Below the pieces are notes generated by a model. The model did no database searches, was not told the origin of the DNA, and saw nothing but the letters and a program-made list of their open reading frames with translations. A DNA stretch of 64,000 bases, taken from the NCBI GenBank assembly GCA_902629505.1, contig CACORF010000003.1:11939-75938 (forward strand). The letters are read 5' to 3'. Origin of the DNA: an uncultured Bacteroidota bacterium (GTDB lineage Bacteria > Bacteroidota > Bacteroidia > Flavobacteriales > Flavobacteriaceae). This document shows, in pieces, positions 56,667 through 64,000 of the stretch. Every line of letters begins with the position of its first letter. The stretch's first letter is position 1. The translations under genes and the position numbers were made by a program.

Positions 56667-56674
56667 TATTTTTG
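56667..56674 (+). promoter_or_regulatory. Candidate -7 box TATTTTTG for tRNA-Cys
   Basis: Exact TAnnTTTG ending 8 nt before tRNA position 1. Confidence 0.35.
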
Positions 56675-56682
56675 CAACCTAT

Positions 56683-56753
56683 GGCATTGTGGCCGAGTGG
56701 CTAGGCGGAGCTCTGCAAAAGCTTTTACAGCGGTTCGAATCCGCTCGATGCCT
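56683..56753 (+). tRNA. tRNA-Cys (anticodon GCA), 71 nt, CCA not encoded
   Basis: Folded by hand. Acceptor stem GGCATTG/CGATGCC (one G-U pair). D arm GCC-GAGTGGCTA-GGC. Anticodon stem GAGCT/AGCTT with loop CTGCAAA. 4-nt variable loop. T arm AGCGG-TTCGAAT-CCGCT. Discriminator U73, the classic Cys identity element. Confidence 0.85.
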
Positions 56754-58903
56754 CAACTAAGGACTTGAAAATCAAGCCTTTTCTTTATTTGATCTGCTTT
56801 AATAAGCATCACTCTTGTTTTGTCTCCAAGCTGATACTTTTTTCCCGTTTTCTCCCCTACAAACCTGTGGTTTTTTTCATCATGCACATAAAAATCCCCT
56901 GGTAAGTCTTTTGCTTTTACTAGCCCTTCACATTTATTTTCGATAACCTCAACGAAAACCCCTCTTGCCACCACACCAGATATAACCGCATCAAATGTCT
57001 TTCCTTCTTTATCCTTCATAAACTTAATTTGCATTAGCTTTACGGAATCTCTTTCTGCTTTTGTTGCTAAAATCTCCATGTGTGTTGAATGCTTACACAG
57101 GGTTTCTGTTTCATCTGTTTTTATTTTTTCTCCTTCTATTTCTGCCTGGATTAACCGGTGAACCATTACATCAGGATACCTTCTAATTGGTGATGTGAAG
57201 TGTGTGTAGTTTTCAAATGACAGACCGTAGTGGCCTATGTTTTTTGTTGTGTACTCCGCCTTACTCATACTTCTAATCATTAGAGTGTCTATTAGGTTTT
57301 GTTCGTTTTTACCGAATGCTTTTTTTAGAAGACTATTAAGGGAGTCGTTTAGTTCATTTGAAGACAGCTTTAAGTTATAGCCTAGCCTTTTCACAACGGT
57401 TTGTAGGTTTTTTAACTTCTCTTGGTCTGGTTGATCGTGAACCCTGTAAACAAAACGCTCTTTGCTTTTTCTCATTTTTTCTGCTACTTTTTTGTTTGCA
57501 AGCAACATAAACTCTTCGATTAGTTTATTTGAACTTTTTGTTGTTTTGAAAACTATATTTTCGGGTTGATTTTTCTTGTCAAGCTCAAATTTAATTTCTG
57601 TCTTATCAAAAATTATTGCACCGTTGTTTATTCTTTTATTTCTTATGGTTTTTGCTATGCTGTTTAGGGTTGTTATAGCTTCTACTGTTTTTTGTGTTAC
57701 TTTTTTTTCTTTTTTTAATATTGTGTGTTCTTTTGGAATCTTTTCTTGGCCTGTTTCAATAATATGCTGAGCTTCCTCGTATGATAGTCTTACGTCTGAT
57801 TCTGTAATTGTTTTTCCAAACCACTCTTCTTTAATATCTCCGTTTTTATTCATTAAGAATACTGCTGAAAAGGTGAGTTTTTCTTCGTTTGGCCTCAGGG
57901 AACAAAGGTTGTTTGAGAGGGTTTCTGGTAACATGGGTATCACTCTGTCTACCAAATAAACTGACGTTGCTCTATTTTGGGCCTCCTCATCTATCTTTGA
58001 CCCTGGTCTTACATAGTGTGAAACATCCGCAATATGAACACCCACTTCATATGTGTTTTCTTCTGTTTTTTTAAATGATATTGCATCATCAAAATCTTTA
58101 GCGTCTACTGGGTCTATTGTAAAGGTTAGCTCTCCCCTCATGTCCCTTCTTTTTTTTACCTCTTCTTTTGTTATTGCTGATGATATTTTTTTCGCCTCTT
58201 CTTCTACTTTGTCTTCAAATTCCGTTGACAAACCATATTCATACAGTATTGAATAGGCGTCTAATGAGTCGTCACCAAACCCAAAGCTTTTAATTATTTT
58301 TCCCTCTGGTGAGTTTTTTGGAGAATCCCATGATTTTATTTCAACAGCCACTTTTTCTCCTTCCTGATACCCCTTCATTTCATCTTTGTCTATAAAGAAA
58401 TCAGTATACATTCTGGCGTTTCTTGTGTTTACAAACCCATAATCTTTGTTTTTTTCATAAACACCAACAAAAACATCTTTTTTTCTTTCTATTATGTCTA
58501 TAATTTTTCCTTCGTATTTGTTTTTGTTTTTTCTTTCTCCAACAGCAACAGAAACAATATCTCCGTGGAGACCCCTATTTAAATTTCTTTGTTCAACTAA
58601 AACATCGGCGTCTAGGTCTTCACAAACAACATATCCTCTTCCTGTGCTTGTAATCTCTAAAACTCCTTCTGCTGTGTTTGATTGAATTCCTGGTGCAACA
58701 AACTTTCCCTTATTAACCCTTATGATCTGTTCTTTTTTTAGAAGTTTGTTTAATATTTTTATTATATCGTTTCTTCCTTTTGTATCGTTTACTCCTAAGG
58801 AAAAAGCTATTTGTTTATAATTAAACTCCTTGTTAGGTTTGCTCCCAATAAATGACTTTATCTTTCTTTCTAATCCCTTTAAGTCCTTCTTCTTTTTTGA
58901 CAT
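56753..58903 (-). CDS. rnr: Ribonuclease R
   Basis: RNB domain motifs ('DPVDAKDFDDAIS', 'SPIRRYPDVMVHR'), N-terminal cold-shock/OB region, C-terminal S1 domain ('GVVARGVFVEV'). Confidence 0.95.
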   Translation of the reverse strand: MSKKKKDLKGLERKIKSFIGSKPNKEFNYKQIAFSLGVNDTKGRNDIIKILNKLLKKEQIIRVNKGKFVAPGIQSNTAEGVLEITSTGRGYVVCEDLDADVLVEQRNLNRGLHGDIVSVAVGERKNKNKYEGKIIDIIERKKDVFVGVYEKNKDYGFVNTRNARMYTDFFIDKDEMKGYQEGEKVAVEIKSWDSPKNSPEGKIIKSFGFGDDSLDAYSILYEYGLSTEFEDKVEEEAKKISSAITKEEVKKRRDMRGELTFTIDPVDAKDFDDAISFKKTEENTYEVGVHIADVSHYVRPGSKIDEEAQNRATSVYLVDRVIPMLPETLSNNLCSLRPNEEKLTFSAVFLMNKNGDIKEEWFGKTITESDVRLSYEEAQHIIETGQEKIPKEHTILKKEKKVTQKTVEAITTLNSIAKTIRNKRINNGAIIFDKTEIKFELDKKNQPENIVFKTTKSSNKLIEEFMLLANKKVAEKMRKSKERFVYRVHDQPDQEKLKNLQTVVKRLGYNLKLSSNELNDSLNSLLKKAFGKNEQNLIDTLMIRSMSKAEYTTKNIGHYGLSFENYTHFTSPIRRYPDVMVHRLIQAEIEGEKIKTDETETLCKHSTHMEILATKAERDSVKLMQIKFMKDKEGKTFDAVISGVVARGVFVEVIENKCEGLVKAKDLPGDFYVHDEKNHRFVGEKTGKKYQLGDKTRVMLIKADQIKKRLDFQVLS

Positions 58904-59322
58904 TTATATTTTTTAAAGTTCAAAGATACTGTTATTAAAACCTAGATTAATTTTATTACCAATAAACATTTAAACATATTAATAATAAGTATGTCTAAAT
59001 ATTAAATATATATTATATGTATTGTTAAATTCTTTATAAATAGTTTAATGAAAAAATACAATTAACACTAAAAAGAAAAAACTAACAAATAATAAACAAC
59101 ACAAAAAGTTGATTTACAGATAAAAAGGGATTAAATAAACAATTGTTAATAGGAGGAAAAACAACATAAAGGTTAACAACTAATACAAACAAAACTAAGG
59201 AAAAAGAGTTAGCAAAATCAAAAGAGATGTTTAGAAAAAAAAAGAGTGATAATTATTAAAAATAAACAAACAACTATTAACAACATATAAAGAAATAATA
59301 AAGGAATTAGTAAATTGAAAAA
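58904..59322. other. 419-bp non-coding spacer: nearly pure A+T left part, strongly A-rich (plus strand) right part
   Basis: No ORF of 60 aa or more on either strand. From about 59045 to 59322 the plus strand is more than half A in the lines I counted, with few T. It is the largest non-coding gap in a window where typical gaps are under 100 bp. Confidence 0.6.
58921..58928 (-). promoter_or_regulatory. Candidate -7 box (TATCTTTG on the minus strand) for rnr
   Basis: Plus-strand CAAAGATA, 17 nt upstream of the rnr ATG (58903). Confidence 0.35.
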
Positions 59323-59757
59323 ATGAAAATAGCAATAGGGAATGATCATGCTGGGGTTGAGGTAAAAAAAAACATAGAAAAACATCTATCTGAAAAAGGA
59401 TACAAGGTTATTAACAAAGGGTATGATGGAAAAGAAAGTGTAGATTATCCAGATTATATACACCCCGTATCGTTAGAAGTAAAAGAAAGGAAAGCACAAA
59501 TAGGAATAATAATTTGTGGAAGTGGTAATGGAGCAGCAATGACAGCTAATAAACACAAGGGGGTCAGAGCAGCAATCTGCTGGAGTGAAGAAATTGCTGA
59601 GCTTGCCAGACAACACAATGACGCAAACATAATTAGTATACCATCACGATTTTTATCAGAAGAAGAAATAATAAGCATAGTAGAAGCTTTTATAAAAACA
59701 GACTTTGAAGGAGGAAGACATAAAAGAAGAATAGATAAAATTGATGGAAATGATTGA
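59323..59757 (+). CDS. rpiB: Ribose-5-phosphate isomerase B
   Basis: 'KIAIGNDHAG', 'GIIICGSGNGAAMTANKHKGVRAA' and 'GGRHKRRIDKI'. Confidence 0.9.
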   Translation: MKIAIGNDHAGVEVKKNIEKHLSEKGYKVINKGYDGKESVDYPDYIHPVSLEVKERKAQIGIIICGSGNGAAMTANKHKGVRAAICWSEEIAELARQHNDANIISIPSRFLSEEEIISIVEAFIKTDFEGGRHKRRIDKIDGND

Positions 59758-60199
59758 GTGGAAAGAACAAAGGTTTTCTGATATAAGCACTAAGGAGTTC
59801 TACGAAATATTTAAGTTCAGGAGTGAGGTTTTTGTGGTAGAGCAAGAAATACTATACAATGACTTCGATTATAAAGACTACAAAGCTATTCATTTATCAG
59901 GGTTTATAAACGACAAGTTAATGGCGTACGCAAGAATATTTGATAAAGGTGATTATTATGAAAACAATCCAGGTTTTGGAAGAGTAGCGGTAGAAGAAAA
60001 AAAAAGAGGAAATAGCTACGGAAAAGAACTGGTAAAAAAATGTATAGAGGTTTGTGAAAAAAACTTTGAAACAAAAGAAATAAAAATTTCTGCGCAAGAG
60101 TATTTAGAAAAATTTTATTTAGACCTGGGATTTGAGTTTAGAGGGGAGAGATATATGGAGGACGGCATCCCACACTGCGCTATGTATTACAACAAATAA
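59741..60199 (+). CDS. GNAT-family acetyltransferase (ElaA-like)
   Basis: 'FYEIFKFRSEVFVVEQEILYNDFDYKDYKAIHL' is the ElaA-type N-terminus. 'KKRGNSYGKELV' is the CoA-binding loop. Overlaps rpiB by 17 nt. Confidence 0.7.
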   Translation: MMEMIEWKEQRFSDISTKEFYEIFKFRSEVFVVEQEILYNDFDYKDYKAIHLSGFINDKLMAYARIFDKGDYYENNPGFGRVAVEEKKRGNSYGKELVKKCIEVCEKNFETKEIKISAQEYLEKFYLDLGFEFRGERYMEDGIPHCAMYYNK

Positions 60200-60200
60200 A

Positions 60201-60884
60201 TTAATAAGAAGTCCTTAAGCCCCAGCTTTGTCTTTTTGCAAAAGCAGGATTACAAGCACTCATAAATAAATCACGTACAATAAAAATAGGATTATATCCC
60301 CCGCCGTACCAATCATAATTAGCAGAAGCAGTCAAACACAAACTAAGGTCATTAGCTGGTTTAATTTTACCATCAACCTCGAAAACAAATTTTTGATTAA
60401 GGTTTTGGTCGCACTCACGTAAAATTAAATCAGAGCGATTACCGATGTTTTCCACCTCCATACAAACATTGTAAAAAGGAAAGCTAAATTCACCACCGGA
60501 AATTTTGGAAACCTCAAAACCCTGATCCGGAGAAACACCGCCTGCCCCACCAATACTAACATTACGCCTGTTATAGTCAGAATGGCAAGTATGAGTTTTT
60601 AGGGGTCTATCAAGGGCAACAGACGTGTTCCTAGCTGCAGCACTTTGCATTGGCGCGAATCCACTCCCATATTGAGAATAAAAATTTTCAGAAATGTCTA
60701 CGCAAACGCTACTGTTGACTCCATTCGAAGCCATATATTGAAGGTTTTCAGGAAAAACAAAATTAGGGTCTAAGTCGTTTAATAAATAAACCTCTGCTAT
60801 TTCTGGAAAAGCCGTTTCTTCAACAATTAAATCGGCCCCTTTATCACACGAAAACAAAAACAACAAAAACAACAAACGCTTCAT
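60201..60884 (-). CDS. Lipoprotein with a probable ricin-type beta-trefoil (carbohydrate-binding) domain
   Basis: Lipobox LFLFSC. Repeats resembling ricin-B subdomains: 'SVCVDISEN', 'VCMEVEN..LILRECDQNLNQKFVFEVDGKIKPANDLSLCLTA', 'ACNPAFAKRQSWGL' (Q-x-W/F motifs). Confidence 0.4.
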   Translation of the reverse strand: MKRLLFLLFLFSCDKGADLIVEETAFPEIAEVYLLNDLDPNFVFPENLQYMASNGVNSSVCVDISENFYSQYGSGFAPMQSAAARNTSVALDRPLKTHTCHSDYNRRNVSIGGAGGVSPDQGFEVSKISGGEFSFPFYNVCMEVENIGNRSDLILRECDQNLNQKFVFEVDGKIKPANDLSLCLTASANYDWYGGGYNPIFIVRDLFMSACNPAFAKRQSWGLRTSY

Positions 60885-60899
60885 TGCACTAAATTAAAA

Positions 60900-61223
60900 C
60901 TAAGCGATGTTTTTAACAAGAACCTTAAAGTCTTTTTCAATCTCTAAAAAAGAAACAACATTTTCAGAAGAATAAATAAACATAAACCAACCCCCGCCAA
61001 AAGACAACACCTCTTTTGAGTTTTTTCTAACGACTTCACGAAGAATGCGTTTTAGTTTGTTTCTGTCAACTGCAAGAGAAAAATTTTTTTTTGGAACAGA
61101 TACAACAAAACGAGAATCTCCTTTGTTTAAAAGATAAATACAATGAAGAAAAGAGGACGACACTCTTTTACCAGAATCAAACAAGACCTCAACGTTTTTA
61201 TTTCCTTTGAGCGGTCTCATCAT
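60900..61223 (-). CDS. rnpA: Ribonuclease P protein component
   Basis: 'AVDRNKLKRILREVVRK' RNR-motif region. 107 aa and basic. Confidence 0.8.
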   Translation of the reverse strand: MMRPLKGNKNVEVLFDSGKRVSSSFLHCIYLLNKGDSRFVVSVPKKNFSLAVDRNKLKRILREVVRKNSKEVLSFGGGWFMFIYSSENVVSFLEIEKDFKVLVKNIA

Positions 61224-62071
61224 GAAAAAAAGTCATTTAAAGAAGAGCTGTTTTCTAACCTCACACCTTTGTCTGTATTCATTAAAGACACGAGCTCATT
61301 ATAGGGGTCGTGTTGCAGAAAGAGAAGGGTTTCGTTTTCTAAACAGCCTTTTAAAATTTTAGATTTCTCTTCCATGGTAACTAAGGGCCTAACATCGTAA
61401 CCCATTAAATATGGAACAGGAATATGTCCAGCAGTAGGCACTAAATCAGAAGTGAAAAGAATAGATCGCCCCTTATACTTAACCATAGGCAAAGCCATTT
61501 TTTCAGTATGACCATCAACAAGCAAAAGATCAAATCCAAGCTCTTTGCAAAAACCATCATTAACACCATCATACAAGTTTAGCTGACCAGACTCCTCCAA
61601 AGGCAAAAGGTTTTCTTTTAAAAAAGAAGCCTTTTCTCTAGGGTTTGGGCTTATGTTCGCCCAATCCCAATGTTTTTTTGAACACCAAAAACGAGCATTT
61701 TTAAAAAGAGGAACAATTTTATCACCCTCTCTTTTTGTTGCGCCACCGCAATGGTCAAAATGAAGATGTGTGAACAGTACATCAGTAATATCGTCTGTAG
61801 AGAACCCCTTTAATTTCAAAGAGTTTTCCAGTGTTGCATCTCCGAATCGGGAGTAATGACTAAAAAATTTTTCACTTTGTTTATTACCAAGTCCAGCATC
61901 AACCAAGATAAGTCTTTCACCTTCCTCAATTAAAAGACAACGCGCGCTCATTTCAATTCGGTTACTAGAGTCGGCCGGGTTTGTTTTTTCCCACAAAACT
62001 TTCGGAACAACACCAAACATAGCACCACCGTCAAGTTTAAAATTACCAGTCTCAATTGAATATAAAGTCAT
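61220..62071 (-). CDS. MBL-fold metallo-hydrolase
   Basis: 'THLHFDHCGG' (HxHxDH) and a downstream His/Asp ligand pattern. The start is trimmed to ATG 62071 (MTLYSIETGNFKLDGG...), 1 nt after the lepA stop. Confidence 0.8.
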   Translation of the reverse strand: MTLYSIETGNFKLDGGAMFGVVPKVLWEKTNPADSSNRIEMSARCLLIEEGERLILVDAGLGNKQSEKFFSHYSRFGDATLENSLKLKGFSTDDITDVLFTHLHFDHCGGATKREGDKIVPLFKNARFWCSKKHWDWANISPNPREKASFLKENLLPLEESGQLNLYDGVNDGFCKELGFDLLLVDGHTEKMALPMVKYKGRSILFTSDLVPTAGHIPVPYLMGYDVRPLVTMEEKSKILKGCLENETLLFLQHDPYNELVSLMNTDKGVRLENSSSLNDFFS

Positions 62072-62072
62072 G

Positions 62073-63872
62073 TTAATCGTTGATTTTGAGGACAGCCATA
62101 AAAGCTTGCTGAGGAATCTCAACACTTCCAACCATTCTCATTTTCTTTTTACCTTTTTTCTGTTTTTCTAACAGTTTTCTCTTTCTTGTAACATCTCCAC
62201 CATATAGTTTAGCGGTTACATCTTTTCTGTAAGCCTTAATGGTTTCTCTTGAAATAATTTTAGCACCGATTGCAGCTTGAACAGGAATATCAAACTGCTG
62301 CCTTGGTATTAACTCTTTTAATTTTTCACACATTTTTCTTCCCATTCTTTGAGCATTATCGAAATGTATTAACGAAGACAAAGCGTCAACAGGTTTTCCA
62401 TTAAGTAAAATATCTAAACGGACAAGTTTTGATGCAACAAAGCCTGTAGGGGTGTAATCAAATGAGGCATACCCCTTGGAAATAGATTTGAGACGATCAT
62501 AAAAATCAAAAACAATTTCCGCTAAAGGAAGCTTAAAGTTAAGTTCAACCCTTTCTGTTGTTAAGTATCTTTGGTTTATAATCTCACCTCTTTTTTCTAT
62601 ACAGAGCGTTAGTACATTACCAACAAACTCTGACTTAGTTATGATTGTTGCGTCAATGAAGGGCTCTTCTACACGATTTAAGCTAGAAGGGTCCGGGAGG
62701 TCAGACGGGTTGTTAACCTGAATTTCTTTAGACGGGTCTTTGTTTACATAAGCTTTGTATGAAACATTAGGAACAGTCGTTATTACAGACATATTAAACT
62801 CCCTTTGAAGCCTTTCCTGAATTATCTCCAAGTGAAGCATGCCTAGAAAACCACACCTAAAACCAAAACCAAGAGCAGCAGAACTTTCAGGAGAAAAAAC
62901 CAAAGAAGCATCATTAAGTTGAAGCTTTTCCATGCTAGACCTTAAATCTTCATAGTCATCAGTGTCAACAGGATAGATGCCTGCAAAAACCATAGGCTTT
63001 ACCTCTTCAAAACCTTCAATAGCCCCAACAGCTTTATCATCAGCCAGTGTTATTGTATCCCCGACCTTCACGTCTTTTGCATCTTTAATTCCGGTGATTA
63101 AATAACCAACATCACCAGTCAAAATCTCTTTTTTTGGAACCTGACTTAACTTAAGCGTACCAACCTCTTCAGCACCATAGTCTTTTCCTGTCGACATAAA
63201 CCTAACTCTATCACCTTTTGAAAGCTTTCCATTTACAACCTTAAAATATGTCTCAATTCCACGATATGGATTAAAAACAGAATCAAAAATAAGAGCCTGC
63301 AACGGAGCATCTAATGTTCCTTCAGGAGCAGGAACTCTGTCAATAATTCCTTTTATTATATTTTCTATACCTTCTCCCGTTTTGGCTGAGGCAAGAATTA
63401 CCTCTTCAGGTTTACACCCGATTAAAGAGACAATTTCATCAACAACAACCTCTGTGTTTGCTGAAGGCAGGTCAATTTTATTTACAACAGGTATAATTTC
63501 TAGGTCATTATCAACAGCTAAATACAAATTGGATATTGTTTGAGCCTGTATGCTTTGTGCTGCGTCTACCACCAACAAAGCCCCTTCACACGCAGCAATA
63601 GCTCTTGAAACTTCATAAGAAAAATCAACATGTCCAGGAGTGTCAATTAAATTCAAAACAAATTTTTCACCTCCAGTATCATAATCCATCTGTACCGCAT
63701 GTGATTTTATTGTTATTCCCCTTTCTCTTTCAAGATCCATGTCATCTAACAATTGGTCTTGTTTTTCTCTATCAGAAACAGACCCAGTAAAATCAAGAAG
63801 ACGGTCGGCAAGCGTACTCTTTCCATGATCTATATGGGCAATAATACAGAAATTACGTATGTTTTGTGACAC
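62073..63872 (-). CDS. lepA: Elongation factor 4 (LepA), probable GTG start
   Basis: '[17 protein letters not shown]', 'DTPGHVDF', 'NKID', and a C-terminal LepA-specific domain. There is no in-frame ATG at the N-terminus. GTG 63872 is preferred over TTG 63890, because a -7 box covers 63888-63895. Confidence 0.95.
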   Translation of the reverse strand: MSQNIRNFCIIAHIDHGKSTLADRLLDFTGSVSDREKQDQLLDDMDLERERGITIKSHAVQMDYDTGGEKFVLNLIDTPGHVDFSYEVSRAIAACEGALLVVDAAQSIQAQTISNLYLAVDNDLEIIPVVNKIDLPSANTEVVVDEIVSLIGCKPEEVILASAKTGEGIENIIKGIIDRVPAPEGTLDAPLQALIFDSVFNPYRGIETYFKVVNGKLSKGDRVRFMSTGKDYGAEEVGTLKLSQVPKKEILTGDVGYLITGIKDAKDVKVGDTITLADDKAVGAIEGFEEVKPMVFAGIYPVDTDDYEDLRSSMEKLQLNDASLVFSPESSAALGFGFRCGFLGMLHLEIIQERLQREFNMSVITTVPNVSYKAYVNKDPSKEIQVNNPSDLPDPSSLNRVEEPFIDATIITKSEFVGNVLTLCIEKRGEIINQRYLTTERVELNFKLPLAEIVFDFYDRLKSISKGYASFDYTPTGFVASKLVRLDILLNGKPVDALSSLIHFDNAQRMGRKMCEKLKELIPRQQFDIPVQAAIGAKIISRETIKAYRKDVTAKLYGGDVTRKRKLLEKQKKGKKKMRMVGSVEIPQQAFMAVLKIND

Positions 63873-63887
63873 AATAAATATTTCCGA

Positions 63888-63895
63888 CAAAGATA
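63888..63895 (-). promoter_or_regulatory. Candidate -7 box (TATCTTTG on the minus strand) for lepA
   Basis: Plus-strand CAAAGATA, 15 nt upstream of GTG 63872. Confidence 0.35.
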
Positions 63896-63946
63896 CTTAC
63901 TTTGTATAATCTTTAAGGTTAACACATAAATAAATTCAAGAATTGT

Positions 63947-63954
63947 TAATTTTG
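63947..63954 (+). promoter_or_regulatory. Candidate -7 box TAATTTTG, 4 nt from the dus-like ATG
   Basis: Exact TAnnTTTG ending at 63954. ATG at 63959. Confidence 0.3.
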
Positions 63955-63958
63955 CCAC

Positions 63959-64000
63959 ATGCTTAAAATAGGAAACATAGAACTTCCTGAATTTCCATTG
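63959..64000 (+). CDS. tRNA-dihydrouridine synthase (DusB-like), first 14 codons only
   Basis: MLKIGNIELPEFPL... matches my recollection of flavobacterial Dus N-termini (M.KIGNIELP.FPLLLAPMEDV). Truncated by the window edge. Confidence 0.35.
   Translation, partial: MLKIGNIELPEFPL

Noticed and set aside
59227-59259. A 10-codon ORF (MFRKKKSDNY) in the A-rich spacer as a regulatory upstream ORF for rpiB.
   Set aside because: Such a short ORF is expected by chance in A-rich sequence, and there is no supporting signal. It is mentioned only within the spacer finding.
58904-59322. The large AT-rich spacer as a chromosomal replication origin.
   Set aside because: I saw no DnaA-box-like 9-mers (TTATCCACA or its complement) in the spacer, and no dnaA, dnaN or gidB-type neighbours. 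Gene orientation to the right (60201-63890, all minus) does not fit an origin. The spacer is kept only as an unexplained non-coding element.
54591-64000. A possible compositional shift at the right end (somewhat higher GC, different homopolymer texture), with tRNA-Cys at about 56.7 kb as a potential island boundary.
   Set aside because: My spot counts (about 32-35% against 22-30% GC in single 60-nt lines) are too few to be meaningful. The genes are core housekeeping (glnS, rnr, rpiB, rnpA, lepA). There is no integrase, direct repeat of the tRNA 3' end, or other mobility gene. A proper sliding-window GC and codon-usage analysis would be needed.

Overview
AT-rich (about 30% GC by eye), very gene-dense chromosomal segment. 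I attribute it to a streamlined marine Bacteroidota/Flavobacteriia genome. The reasons are: an atp operon with atpZ-like and bactofilin genes at its head and no atpD/atpC; recurring TAnnTTTG '-7' promoter boxes; many lipoproteins with ...SC lipoboxes; and DUF4292, DUF4254 and GH3-family genes. I support about 70 CDS and one tRNA-Cys. Two of the CDS are absent from the ORF track: a 50-aa TatA and a truncated PqqB-like gene at the left edge. I see no rRNA, CRISPR array, transposase, integrase or phage genes. The content is mostly housekeeping: recA, trpS, gltX, glnS, lepA, rnr, rnpA, mnmG, ybeY, pgk, purD, folB, rpiB, PBP1A and atpBEFHAG. Transport and degradation functions are interspersed: a TonB-dependent receptor plus a GH16 glucanase, NupC, SSS and AGCS symporters, and exported M20 and M24 peptidases. 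The best candidates for something undescribed are these: (1) a tandem pair of secreted 'plug-only' mini-proteins at 13998-15050 with no barrel partner, followed by a thioredoxin-fold lipoprotein and two uncharacterised lipoproteins, one with CDCC/GCPVNG cysteine motifs; (2) a HisC-like aminotransferase with a twin-arginine export signal, next to a DUF1611/enolase-superfamily epimerase pair and an exported M20 amidohydrolase; (3) a 420-bp strand-asymmetric A-rich non-coding spacer at 58904-59322; (4) unusual genome architecture, namely seven convergent gene pairs sharing 4-nt double stops and -7 boxes only 3-5 nt from start codons. All functional calls come from motif recognition by eye, because no database search was possible.
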